From Chitinophagaceae bacterium (GTDB lineage Bacteria > Bacteroidota > Bacteroidia > Chitinophagales > Chitinophagaceae): a stretch of DNA of 27,706 bases. Positions within the stretch are counted from its first letter, which is position 1; each line of letters starts with the position of its first letter. Below, piece by piece: positions 9,339 through 18,337 of this stretch. The stretch spans positions 1 through 27,706 of the forward strand of contig JAGNOY010000002.1 in assembly GCA_017989935.1 (NCBI GenBank), in the 5' to 3' direction. The notes beneath the pieces are model-generated. The model did not search any database, was not told the origin of the DNA, and worked only from the letters and a program-made list of their open reading frames with translations. The translations under genes and the position numbers were made by a program.

Positions 9339-9440
9339 GAATGTTGTATTGTGGCAACGATTGCAGCGGATACCCCGCACCACGCTTGGCTTCGGCGTGG
9401 GAGGAGTAGCAGCGAAAAGCGTGTGCGCCACCCAACATTC
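9339..9440 (+). ncRNA. Structured intergenic element, Flavo-1 motif/REP-like, copy 1
   Basis: Core GATTGCAGCGGATACC...GGAGTAGCAGCGAAAAGC; nested inverted repeats GAATGTTG/CAACATTC, GTGGC/GCCAC and CCACGC/GCGTGG; homologous to 12271-12361; lies between convergent genes. Confidence 0.65.
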
Positions 9441-9447
9441 TTTATGT

Positions 9448-10416
9448 CTATTCAATCGACTGAAGCATTTTTTCTGACACCCTAGCAATCGTTTCTTCGA
9501 GTGGAGTAAAGGAAAAATCTGGCAAAGTTTGAGACAATTTAGCGCTACTAAAGGCTTGCTGTTGATGAGCCGTTATCGCAGTTTCCTTTGTAATGGTAGC
9601 TACCTTGCCACTCAGTATACTTTTTAAATACGCTAAACGCCAAACAATTTCCGACATCCAAGGTAAAGCCTTTTTGTAGGGTGGTCGCTTTTTCAGGCCA
9701 TTAGCCATCATCGTGAAAACATCCTTAAATGACGCATTTGCGCCATTGACAATAAACTTCTCTTGGCAAATAGAGCTTTCCATTAAGCGAATCATCACCT
9801 TCACCACATCTTTAACATCTACCCAACCTGTTGATCCGTTGGTATACCAAGGAAATTCGTCGTAGACAATTTTAAACAAATTAGTACTACTTTTCTGCCA
9901 ATCGCCCTCGCCCAAGATCACTGAAGGATTTACGATAACTGCTTGCAATCCTTCGCCTATGCCACGCCATACTTCCATTTCGGCATAGTATTTACTTTCT
10001 GCGTACATAGAATGTGGTTCCTTATCAAGCCATTCTGTTTGTTCGCTGACCAATTTACCTTTATCTTCCTTTCCGAGCGTAGCAATTGAACTGACATAAA
10101 TCATTTTAGCCACCTCATAATCTAGCGCCAAGTTTACCACGTTTGCAGTGCCTTCAATATTGATGCGCATCATTTCGTGGTGCCACCTAGGATCATAACT
10201 CACTTTTGCAGCACAATGATAGATATGTGTAACACCCTGCATGGCCCGTTCAAGCTCAACAATATTTACAATATCTCCTTGAAACCATTCTACATGATTG
10301 AATTTAGGCAAGCCCTCTGTTTGTCTGCACAAGGCCCTTACTGGCATTTGCTTGACCTCTAAAGCTTGTAACAAATGATGCCCTAAAAGACCTGTTGCGC
10401 CTGTAACTAAAATCAT
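9448..10416 (-). CDS. NAD-dependent epimerase/dehydratase (extended SDR, dihydroflavonol-reductase-like)
   Basis: GATGLLG Rossmann motif, HCAA, YVSS, catalytic YAESK, NPSVILG. Confidence 0.9.
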   Translation of the reverse strand: MILVTGATGLLGHHLLQALEVKQMPVRALCRQTEGLPKFNHVEWFQGDIVNIVELERAMQGVTHIYHCAAKVSYDPRWHHEMMRINIEGTANVVNLALDYEVAKMIYVSSIATLGKEDKGKLVSEQTEWLDKEPHSMYAESKYYAEMEVWRGIGEGLQAVIVNPSVILGEGDWQKSSTNLFKIVYDEFPWYTNGSTGWVDVKDVVKVMIRLMESSICQEKFIVNGANASFKDVFTMMANGLKKRPPYKKALPWMSEIVWRLAYLKSILSGKVATITKETAITAHQQQAFSSAKLSQTLPDFSFTPLEETIARVSEKMLQSIE

Positions 10417-10478
10417 GCTTTAGTATTGATGAATGAAAAATGGCTCAACATGGTGTATCATTTTATAGGTGTTGCCTG

Positions 10479-10486
10479 CGAAGGTA
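10479..10486 (-). promoter_or_regulatory. -7 promoter variant TACCTTCG for the epimerase gene
   Basis: TAnnTTCG variant just after the pheS stop, 62 nt upstream of the ATG. Confidence 0.45.
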
Positions 10487-10495
10487 GACTTACTG

Positions 10496-11530
10496 CTAAA
10501 CCACCCCTTTAAATTGTTCTAGAAACCTCAAGTCGTTTTCAGACATTACGCGAATATCTCTAATACCGTGCAGCATCATGGTTGTTCGTTCTACGCCCAT
10601 ACCCCAAGCAAAACCACTATATTTTTCCGGATCGATGCCACAATTACTTAATACATTCGGATGCACCATGCCGCAACCTAAAATTTCTACCCAACTTGTA
10701 TGCTTACATACATTACACCCTTTGCCATGACAAATAAAACAACTCACATCCATTTCAGCACTTGGTTCTGTAAACGGGAAATAAGATGGTCTAAACCGAA
10801 CCTTTACTTCGGGACCAAACATTTCTTTCACAAAATAATATAAAGTTTGCTTCAAATCAGCAAAAGATACTTTTTCATCAATATACAAACCTTCAACCTG
10901 ATGAAAGAAACAGTGTGCCCTTGCCGATATCGTTTCATTTCTATATACGCGTCCAGGAAAAATTTGACGGATTGGTAATTTACCTTCTTTCATCACCCTG
11001 ACCTGCACACTACTCGTATGTGTACGAAGCAACCAATCTGGATTTTTAGAAATATAAAAAGTGTCCTGCATATCTCTTGCAGGGTGATTTTCGGGTAAAT
11101 TTAATGCATTAAAATTATGCCAATCATCTTCAATTTCTGGCCCATCAGCCACTGTAAATCCAATTTTTTCAAATATCGACACCATTTTATTCATGGTTGT
11201 TTGAATCGGATGTCTTGCCCCAGTTTCAGACAATTGAGCAGGCAAACTCGGATCAGGACCGCGCTCAACCTTGATGGCAGAAGCAGGTTGATGCTGCACT
11301 TTGTAAGCCTCATACTTTTCTTCGGCAAATTGCTTAAATTCATTTAATCTAGCGCCAAAGTCTTTCCGAAGTTCTTTAGATACATTCTTCATTTCGCTCA
11401 TGAGCTCCTTCACCAAGCCTTTTGATCCGAGGAACCTGATTCTATAAGATTCTAGCTCTTCTACACTCGAAGGTACTAACTCATCAATCTCTTTCTTGAA
11501 ATTTTCAATTTTATCAACGATTTCTTGCAT
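10496..11530 (-). CDS. pheS: Phenylalanyl-tRNA synthetase alpha subunit (344 aa, start MQEIVDK)
   Basis: HPARDMQDTFY, LLRTHTS, FHQVEGL, RPSYFPFTEPSAE and GFAWGMGVER motifs; start moved from 11602 to 11530 because the extra 24 codons contain the promoter. Confidence 0.97.
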   Translation of the reverse strand: MQEIVDKIENFKKEIDELVPSSVEELESYRIRFLGSKGLVKELMSEMKNVSKELRKDFGARLNEFKQFAEEKYEAYKVQHQPASAIKVERGPDPSLPAQLSETGARHPIQTTMNKMVSIFEKIGFTVADGPEIEDDWHNFNALNLPENHPARDMQDTFYISKNPDWLLRTHTSSVQVRVMKEGKLPIRQIFPGRVYRNETISARAHCFFHQVEGLYIDEKVSFADLKQTLYYFVKEMFGPEVKVRFRPSYFPFTEPSAEMDVSCFICHGKGCNVCKHTSWVEILGCGMVHPNVLSNCGIDPEKYSGFAWGMGVERTTMMLHGIRDIRVMSENDLRFLEQFKGVV

Positions 11531-11534
11531 AGCG

Positions 11535-11542
11535 CAAATGTA
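11535..11542 (-). promoter_or_regulatory. -7 promoter TACATTTG, 4 nt before the pheS ATG
   Basis: Exact TAnnTTTG match. Confidence 0.7.
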
Positions 11543-11666
11543 AATCAAATCTCTTTGAACAAGAAATAGACAACTTTTCCTTTTCGTGCGTTTCATTTCC
11601 ATTCAAGTATTCCATACAACCAAAAGATGTTTATGTATATCTTCGTGCCTTAATTGGTGAAGTTTT

Positions 11667-12254
11667 ATGCGCAAAGCAGCACAGTTATTATTAAAATATT
11701 TTTTTCAAGGTATTATTATTGTTTCGCCTTTAGCTATTACAGCTTGGGCTGTGTATTCGATTTTTGATTTTCTTGATTTAAAAAACGAAAACTGGCCTCG
11801 TGGTATAGGCTTCTTCATTGTCATTGGATCTTTAGTGCTCATTGGCTGGCTTGGTAGCACGTTTTTAGTTTGGAAATTTCTCATTGATTTTTTCGAAGGC
11901 ATTCTCGAACGTACGCCTTTTATTAAATACATCTATACCTCGGTGAAGGATGTGGTTGAAAGTTTTATGGGCGACAAAAAGAAATTCACCAAGCCCGTTT
12001 TAGTTAAAGTCAGATCTTCGCCAGAAATATTTCAAATTGGTTTTATTACACAAAAAGAACTTGGTCGCTTAGGGCTTCAAGATCATGTAGCCGTTTATAT
12101 GCCTCATTCTTATGCCGTGAGTGGGTTTTTATTCATTGTGCATAAAGATGATATCACTCCTCTTGACATTAATCCTTCACAAGCTATGAAGATGGCAGTG
12201 AGTGGAGGCGTTGCCGGTTATGGAGATGAACATGATGATAAAAAACAGCCTTAA
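11667..12254 (+). CDS. DUF502 family membrane protein
   Basis: N-terminal TM helices, ERTPFIKYIYTSVKD, IGFIT, AVYMPHSYAVSG and AMKMAVSGG; TATCTTCG promoter variant at 11638-11645. Confidence 0.85.
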   Translation: MRKAAQLLLKYFFQGIIIVSPLAITAWAVYSIFDFLDLKNENWPRGIGFFIVIGSLVLIGWLGSTFLVWKFLIDFFEGILERTPFIKYIYTSVKDVVESFMGDKKKFTKPVLVKVRSSPEIFQIGFITQKELGRLGLQDHVAVYMPHSYAVSGFLFIVHKDDITPLDINPSQAMKMAVSGGVAGYGDEHDDKKQP

Positions 12255-12270
12255 ATTTTATTTTTCCTTA

Positions 12271-12361
12271 GGGCGGCATACACGCTATTCGCTCCAAGTC
12301 CTCATGCCTCCTTCGTCGTCACTCCGGGCTTTCCACTGCTATCGTTGCCGCAATACAGCAT
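12271..12361 (-). ncRNA. Structured intergenic element, Flavo-1 motif/REP-like, copy 2
   Basis: Minus strand ATGCTGTATTGCGGCAACGATAGCAGTGGAAAGCCC...GGACTTGGAGCGAATAGCGTGTATGCCGCCC aligns with copy 1 with compensatory changes; lies between convergent genes. Confidence 0.65.
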
Positions 12362-12397
12362 CACAATTTCAACCAAAATATGAATTAATCTCATCTT

Positions 12398-13798
12398 TTA
12401 TTCTAACAATCCAGCACTCCATTGCAAGGCATAAATAGTTTTGTAATACTTGGCAGTAACTTCTGCTAGTTTTACTTCAGTTTCTAATAATTTATTTTCT
12501 CGGCTATTGACCAAAAACAATGAGCTTTCTCCATTATCAAACTTTTGCTCTTCAGCTTTAAACAAACGACGATAATTCTCTAGCTGATTCTTTAATAAAT
12601 TCAATTGCTTTTGAATGGTTAGATAGGCTTGATAATAATTTCTTACTTTGAGTTGAATGGCCACTTGTTTTTGTTTCTTTTCAAGAACAGTTTGTGCTAT
12701 TTTAAGTGTTGCCTTTCTATATTCACCACGACCTTGTCCAAGTAATAAAGGCATTTCAAATTTAAGTCCATATTTAAAATTATTTTCAAACATAGAAGCA
12801 TTTGTAAGGGTAGATTGCATTTGATACCCTTTGCCTAATGCATTATACTGCACATCTAATTTGGGTAATAACTCTTGAAATTTTAATCGCTTATCTACCT
12901 TTAACCAATCTAATTTATTTGTGTAAATAGTCAAATTAGGGTGTTGCTCAGTGGCACGTTCGATCAACTCTTCAATTACTGGAATTGGCCATATTTCATT
13001 TACTATTTTGTCACTTGCTTCAGAGGGTACAATGGTTTCAGGAAGCAGGTAAGGTTCATCATTTGCTTTCCATAAAAATGCGCTCATCAAAATACCTGCT
13101 TGCTGAAATTGCAATCCATATTCATTTTGAAGATATTGAAAATTCTGAAGCTGTGTTAAGGCTTCGGTGGTATCTATAGCGGCACGTTCACCAAATTTCA
13201 ATGATTGATTGATTAGGCTTAGTCTAGTTTCATTTATTTCAATGAGTTTGTTTACAACTTGTAAAGCTTTGTAAGCTTGCACCCATGACCAATAAGCTTC
13301 CATAGCCTCCATGTACAAATCATTAAGCGCTGCCCTTCTTTGTGTAATTTCCATGTCCCTCATCACCTTGGCTTGTTGCAAAAAGGCTCTTCGTTTATCT
13401 ATCAATAAATTTTTAGCAAGCGGTACACTTACGCCTACAAAATTAGTTGCCCCTAAAGTTTCTGTTGGATCGGTTCTTGTACCTGCTAAATTTTCAACCC
13501 CAGCATTCATCGAGATACCATACCAAGTTGGCAAACTGATTTCTGGAGAGAAGTAATCATAATAATTTTTACCTTCAAAGGTTTTCTTGCCTACTTCATT
13601 TGAAATGATTGGATTAAAAGCTCCTCTTGCTTTGGTGATATCAGCATTTGCCATATCAATATCTAGTTGTGTTTGTTTGACTACCGGATGATACAGTCTA
13701 ACTAACTCAAGTAATTGTTTATCACTTAAAGTATTTTGTTGGCCAAACAATTTCAGACAACACACTACAAACAATATCAACAATTGGAAAATTTTCAT
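12398..13798 (-). CDS. TolC-family outer membrane efflux/secretion channel
   Basis: Signal peptide, two helical repeats, GE..LF.VN.RE motif near the C terminus; last gene of the ABC-HlyD operon. Confidence 0.88.
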   Translation of the reverse strand: MKIFQLLILFVVCCLKLFGQQNTLSDKQLLELVRLYHPVVKQTQLDIDMANADITKARGAFNPIISNEVGKKTFEGKNYYDYFSPEISLPTWYGISMNAGVENLAGTRTDPTETLGATNFVGVSVPLAKNLLIDKRRAFLQQAKVMRDMEITQRRAALNDLYMEAMEAYWSWVQAYKALQVVNKLIEINETRLSLINQSLKFGERAAIDTTEALTQLQNFQYLQNEYGLQFQQAGILMSAFLWKANDEPYLLPETIVPSEASDKIVNEIWPIPVIEELIERATEQHPNLTIYTNKLDWLKVDKRLKFQELLPKLDVQYNALGKGYQMQSTLTNASMFENNFKYGLKFEMPLLLGQGRGEYRKATLKIAQTVLEKKQKQVAIQLKVRNYYQAYLTIQKQLNLLKNQLENYRRLFKAEEQKFDNGESSLFLVNSRENKLLETEVKLAEVTAKYYKTIYALQWSAGLLE

Positions 13799-13817
13799 GC
13801 ATAAATTTATTTAGAGC

Positions 13818-15140
13818 TTACTTCTTTTTTGTACTATTCTTCACCGCATAATAATCTGGCGGAAACCCATTAATATTTCTCCATAACTCATACCAAATTG
13901 GCACATCATTTAAGAGGGCAATGCTTTGAGCTCCACTTCCAATTTTAATCTGAGCTGGCCAAGGTTTTTCAGTTGAATCTTCTGCAACTAAAACGCGAAA
14001 CAAACCATTCGGGCTAATTGTGTTTTCGTAGGATACAACCTTGCCACCAAAAGTTCCATAGCTATTATCAGGCCATCCACTAAATACAATGGCAGGAAAT
14101 CCATCAAACATGAATCTTACTTTTTGACCAATATTAATCAATGGTAAATCTACAGGTCGTACAAACATTTCTACGCAATAATCAACTCGAGTAGGCACAA
14201 TTGTCGTGATTCTTTCTCCCTCTTTAACCACTTCACCAATACCGCTACTTTTTGCTTGCACAATTTGACCATCTTGAGGAGCCAAAATATAATACATGCC
14301 ATTTCGAATGGTATAATTCATCACTTGATTTTCTAATTTAGCTACATCGCTTTGACTTGTGGCAATTTGGCTTTGATTCTGAAATCTATCTCCTTCAATT
14401 TTACTTATCTTTTCTGTATACTCTTGTTCGATTGCAAATTTTTCAATGTTCACATTATTAAGCTCTTGCTTGGTTTGGGCTAATTTATTTTCAGCCACTA
14501 TTTTTTTAGCTAGCGCTTGTTGAAACGACATATTTCTTTGTTGTAATTGGGTTTGTGAAACAAGACCTTGATCAAACATTTTTTGTTGTCGTTCATATTG
14601 ATCTTTAGACAAATTAAAATCATTATTCGCTGCAAGTAGCTCAGCTTCTTCACCCTGAATTTTGTTTTTTAATTGGCTTAGCTTGTTGCTTAGCTGACTC
14701 AACTTAAGATTTTTAGCTGCTTGCAAGGCGCCTACTTGCGTATAGTTGGTTGATATTTTGCTTTGATAATTTTGAATAGCCCCTTTTTTCGCATTGAGTT
14801 GTTCTTGTGTACGTCCAACTAAATTAGGATCTAAATAATCTTCTTTAATTTCACTGAGTTGTAAAATGGTATCACCTTTTTTTACATAGTCACCTTCCCT
14901 CACCCACCATTTTACAATACGTCCAGCAATAGCCGTATTCATTTCTTGGGGACGTTGGTCTTGCCAAAGCGATGTAACTATTCCTTTTGATTTTATATTT
15001 TGCGTCCACGGCAAAAAAAGTGTGACTATCAAAAAAAGCATGATGCCAAAAAACCAAAACTTGACTTTACTTTTTCTATCATATCGATAAATTTGCTGTA
15101 AAGCATTTAGCTTAATAAAATGTTGCTGTGTAGTTTCCAT
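13818..15140 (-). CDS. HlyD-family membrane fusion (periplasmic adaptor) protein
   Basis: N-terminal TM (LPWTQNI), lipoyl-like VREGDYVKKGDTI, long coiled coil, ILAPQDG, FDGFPA. Confidence 0.92.
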   Translation of the reverse strand: METTQQHFIKLNALQQIYRYDRKSKVKFWFFGIMLFLIVTLFLPWTQNIKSKGIVTSLWQDQRPQEMNTAIAGRIVKWWVREGDYVKKGDTILQLSEIKEDYLDPNLVGRTQEQLNAKKGAIQNYQSKISTNYTQVGALQAAKNLKLSQLSNKLSQLKNKIQGEEAELLAANNDFNLSKDQYERQQKMFDQGLVSQTQLQQRNMSFQQALAKKIVAENKLAQTKQELNNVNIEKFAIEQEYTEKISKIEGDRFQNQSQIATSQSDVAKLENQVMNYTIRNGMYYILAPQDGQIVQAKSSGIGEVVKEGERITTIVPTRVDYCVEMFVRPVDLPLINIGQKVRFMFDGFPAIVFSGWPDNSYGTFGGKVVSYENTISPNGLFRVLVAEDSTEKPWPAQIKIGSGAQSIALLNDVPIWYELWRNINGFPPDYYAVKNSTKKK

Positions 15141-15142
15141 GA

Positions 15143-16807
15143 TTAAGACTGATTAAAAAGGTTTGCTCTACCATTTTTCAACTGGAGATGTAAATCAAAT
15201 TGATCTAAAGACTCAGGATCATTGCTAATAATTATAACTGAAGATTTTAAATTTTTATCGAACAAATATTTCTTCAATGATAATTTTTCATTGGCCTCTA
15301 AACCTTGCCAAGGTTCTTCTAATAGCAACAATTCAGGCTCGCCAAGCAATGCCCTTAAAATCAATATCTTTTTACTTACTGAATCAGCCAATTTTTTTCC
15401 TACCGGATCAACACGGGTTTCAAAACCATTTGATAAATCTGTAACAAAATTTTCAAGACCTGCTTTTTTCGAGACTTGCATAATATCATTCATTGTTACA
15501 TTTTCTTTCCCCATACTTATATTTTCCCAAACGGTACCTTCAAATAATTCTCGTTGGTTGAGATACACGCCCGTTGCATTTCTTAATGATTGTAATTGAT
15601 AATTTCCAATTGGAATTTTATTCAATAAAATAGTGCCCTCAAAGGCTCTGTAACTTCCGCTAAGCACCTTAATTAAAGTAGATTTTCCTGCTCCTGCTCC
15701 TCCTGAAATACAAATTTTAGCATTGGGCTTAATATGCATATTAATATGTTGTAAGGCTTTTTTCCCATCGGGATATTCAAAGCCAAAATCTCTAAATTCA
15801 ATTTCCATGCCTTCTTGTTGATGTTGAAAACTAAATGTCCCTTCCTTTTCGAGTGGACTTTCAGTGACTATGGCCAATTTCTCTAACCCTGTAAGTGTAT
15901 CGTACACGCTATCTAAACTACTGATTAGCTTTTCCACAGCACTTATTACTGTGATAATTACAATTTCGGTTGCAATAAACTCACCAATATTTAATTGTTG
16001 TTCTAAAAGCAAATAAGTACCTACGCTTAGCATAGCGGTAATAATGGCCACTTTAAATGCAACTAAGGCTCTGTATTGAAACAATAAAATTTTAAAATGC
16101 GCTGTTCTAGCATTCAGATAACTTGATACATTTTCATCAGTTCTTTTTAAATTCAAGTGGCTTCCTTGACTAAACTTAAATGATTTAATGATTCTAGCCA
16201 TTTCTTCAAACCAAGCAACTACTTTGTATTTATATTTACTCTCTAATAAACTAGTGCTAAGTCCCTTTTTGCTAGTGTATTTTAAAATCACCCACAAAAT
16301 AGTGATCAACACAAAACCAAATACTATAAATACAGGATGATATAAAGCCAATAAAATCAGGCCAAATAAAATCTGAATACTAGCTGTAGGCACATCTAAT
16401 AAAATTTTTGATAAGCCCTTTTGTACATTTATTGTATCAAAAAATTTATTGATTTTTTCTGGCAGATAATATTGATCCGTTTTTAGCAAATCTAGTCTGG
16501 GTATTTTTTCAGCGAAATCGAAGGCATATCTTGCAAAAATTTGTTGTTGTATTTTTTCAATAAGTTTCATTTGATTCATTTGAAAAATACCTACAAACAA
16601 CACACCTAATACCACCAAAAATATCAATACATATAAAGAAGTTACCATAGAAGCACCTAGCACAAATCCAATAATTGCTTGTACGCCAATTGGTACACTT
16701 AGTTGAACTAAACCGCTTAATATGGCATAAAAGTAGATAGCAAAAATTTCACTCTTATCTTGTAGCAGTAAGTTCCATATTTTTCTAAATAGATGGTTTG
16801 TTTCCAT
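15143..16807 (-). CDS. Type I secretion-like ABC exporter (TMD + NBD) with a degenerate ATPase site
   Basis: Six TM segments, Walker A GGAGAGKST; signature LADSV, Walker B LLLLEEP, H-switch replaced (ISND). Confidence 0.88.
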   Translation of the reverse strand: METNHLFRKIWNLLLQDKSEIFAIYFYAILSGLVQLSVPIGVQAIIGFVLGASMVTSLYVLIFLVVLGVLFVGIFQMNQMKLIEKIQQQIFARYAFDFAEKIPRLDLLKTDQYYLPEKINKFFDTINVQKGLSKILLDVPTASIQILFGLILLALYHPVFIVFGFVLITILWVILKYTSKKGLSTSLLESKYKYKVVAWFEEMARIIKSFKFSQGSHLNLKRTDENVSSYLNARTAHFKILLFQYRALVAFKVAIITAMLSVGTYLLLEQQLNIGEFIATEIVIITVISAVEKLISSLDSVYDTLTGLEKLAIVTESPLEKEGTFSFQHQQEGMEIEFRDFGFEYPDGKKALQHINMHIKPNAKICISGGAGAGKSTLIKVLSGSYRAFEGTILLNKIPIGNYQLQSLRNATGVYLNQRELFEGTVWENISMGKENVTMNDIMQVSKKAGLENFVTDLSNGFETRVDPVGKKLADSVSKKILILRALLGEPELLLLEEPWQGLEANEKLSLKKYLFDKNLKSSVIIISNDPESLDQFDLHLQLKNGRANLFNQS

Positions 16808-16822
16808 GTTGTACTATTTAGG

Positions 16823-16864
16823 CAAATATATAAATACTTTTTATTATAATAGTATTACTATTAT
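16823..16864 (-). promoter_or_regulatory. ABC operon promoter (TATATTTG, 16823-16830) plus the 9-1-9 palindrome ATAATAGTA-T-TACTATTAT (16846-16864), a putative TetR operator
   Basis: Exact -7 consensus on the minus strand; perfect inverted repeat over the expected -33 region; a divergent TetR gene is adjacent. Confidence 0.65.
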
Positions 16865-16921
16865 TTATAAATGTTAAATATACTATAAGAATATTATGAC
16901 TTCATTTTAATATATCTTTAC

Positions 16922-16929
16922 TACATTTG
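16922..16929 (+). promoter_or_regulatory. -7 promoter TACATTTG for the TetR gene
   Basis: Exact TAnnTTTG, 16 nt before the ATG. Confidence 0.65.
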
Positions 16930-16945
16930 TAAAAATACTTGAATT

Positions 16946-17617
16946 ATGGACTTCCAAGTGAGTTTTAAGGTAAATGAAAATATTTTTCTGAGAAATCCAG
17001 AACAAAGTGAATTAGGCAGACAAATTATCAAACATGCGATTGACCTAATTTATAATGTAGGATTTGAGCATTTTACCTTTAAAAAACTTGCAATAGACAT
17101 GCAAACAACCGAAGCTTCTGTTTATAGATACTTCGAAAATAAACATCGGCTTTTACTTTATATTTTAAATTGGTATTGGAGTTACATGGAATTTTTAGTG
17201 ATGTTTAAGCTTCAAAATATTCAGGATAACAAAATCAAATTAAAAACCATCATTGAATTATTGACAAATGAATTACCAGATAGAGCAGGTCAATTAGAAT
17301 ATAACAAAACATATTTACACCATATTGTCATCACAGAAAGCAGCAAGGTATACTTAGTGAAAGAAGTGAAAGCAATTAACGAACATGAAGTGTTTAAACC
17401 TTATAAAGATTTATGCAGTAAAATAGCTGAAATAATCGTTGCCTACAATCCTGCATACAAATATCCACGTTCCTTAAGTAGTACGCTCATTGAGACCTCT
17501 CATGATCAGCAATTTTTTTGTCAATATTTGCCTAAACTTACTGATATTCATCAACAGCCGAGTAATCAATTTACTGCAGCTTATCTAGAAGAGTTGCTTT
17601 TTAAAATTCTTGACTAA
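16946..17617 (+). CDS. TetR/AcrR family transcriptional regulator
   Basis: HTH: GFEHFTFKKLA...TEASVYRYFENKHRLL; divergent from the exporter operon. Confidence 0.92.
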   Translation: MDFQVSFKVNENIFLRNPEQSELGRQIIKHAIDLIYNVGFEHFTFKKLAIDMQTTEASVYRYFENKHRLLLYILNWYWSYMEFLVMFKLQNIQDNKIKLKTIIELLTNELPDRAGQLEYNKTYLHHIVITESSKVYLVKEVKAINEHEVFKPYKDLCSKIAEIIVAYNPAYKYPRSLSSTLIETSHDQQFFCQYLPKLTDIHQQPSNQFTAAYLEELLFKILD

Positions 17618-17800
17618 CACATTGTACTTGGCTAGTCTTTGTACATTTAAAAAACAATAGCCACTTGTATCAAACTATTAATTTTCAAATCGAAAAGTTA
17701 GCTTCGTTTTACTTCTATCAAAAAGAGTGAATACGACATGATATATATTCTAAAATCTTTATCCTTGCGCAAAAATTATTCCCTAGGCGACTATAAACAA

Positions 17801-18292
17801 TTATTGCACTTGTGTAATATCAACAGTTAAATTTCCGTCTGTAATATTTTTTGTAACAGAACCATTACTGCCCACAAAATTAAATCCGCACACAACTTTC
17901 TTGTTGATAGTATCACATTGCGTTACAGTCAATTTGCCAGAAATAGAATTATAATAATCTGTTGGAAATACTTGACCCGTTTTTAAGGTTAGCCACGCGT
18001 TGGTGAAAGTACCATCGGCAGTTACTTCACCCGTGACTGGTCTAAAATGAAATTCTAACATTTGCACCCCACCCTTAAAAGCATATACATCTATCATACG
18101 ACCAAAAGGCGCCACGCCTAATGTATATAGTGTAGCACGTGCTGAATCTACTTTTATTTCACTTCCATCTAATTTAAATGTATAGGCATTCGCTGGCGGG
18201 TTTGTGGTTTCTTGGTTTGTGCTAGATTTCTTGCACGAAAAAATAAGCAAGCTCATCATGGTCACTAAGGCAGTTTGTTTGAATTTTTTCAT
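17801..18292 (-). CDS. Hypothetical lipoprotein (all-beta)
   Basis: Lipobox LIFSC-KKSST; YTFKLDG and G.F.F...N...K.ITDG pattern typical of small Bacteroidota surface lipoproteins. Confidence 0.8.
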   Translation of the reverse strand: MKKFKQTALVTMMSLLIFSCKKSSTNQETTNPPANAYTFKLDGSEIKVDSARATLYTLGVAPFGRMIDVYAFKGGVQMLEFHFRPVTGEVTADGTFTNAWLTLKTGQVFPTDYYNSISGKLTVTQCDTINKKVVCGFNFVGSNGSVTKNITDGNLTVDITQVQ

Positions 18293-18337
18293 CTGTAATA
18301 TTTTTTACAAATTTGAAAACAATTTCATAGTTCCCAT

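Noticed and set aside
9339-9440. The GC-rich hairpin region considered as a tRNA or a CRISPR repeat
   Set aside because: No cloverleaf, T-loop or CCA end, and no regularly spaced direct repeats.
10496-11530. pheS without an adjacent pheT
   Set aside because: Unlinked pheS and pheT is usual in Bacteroidota.
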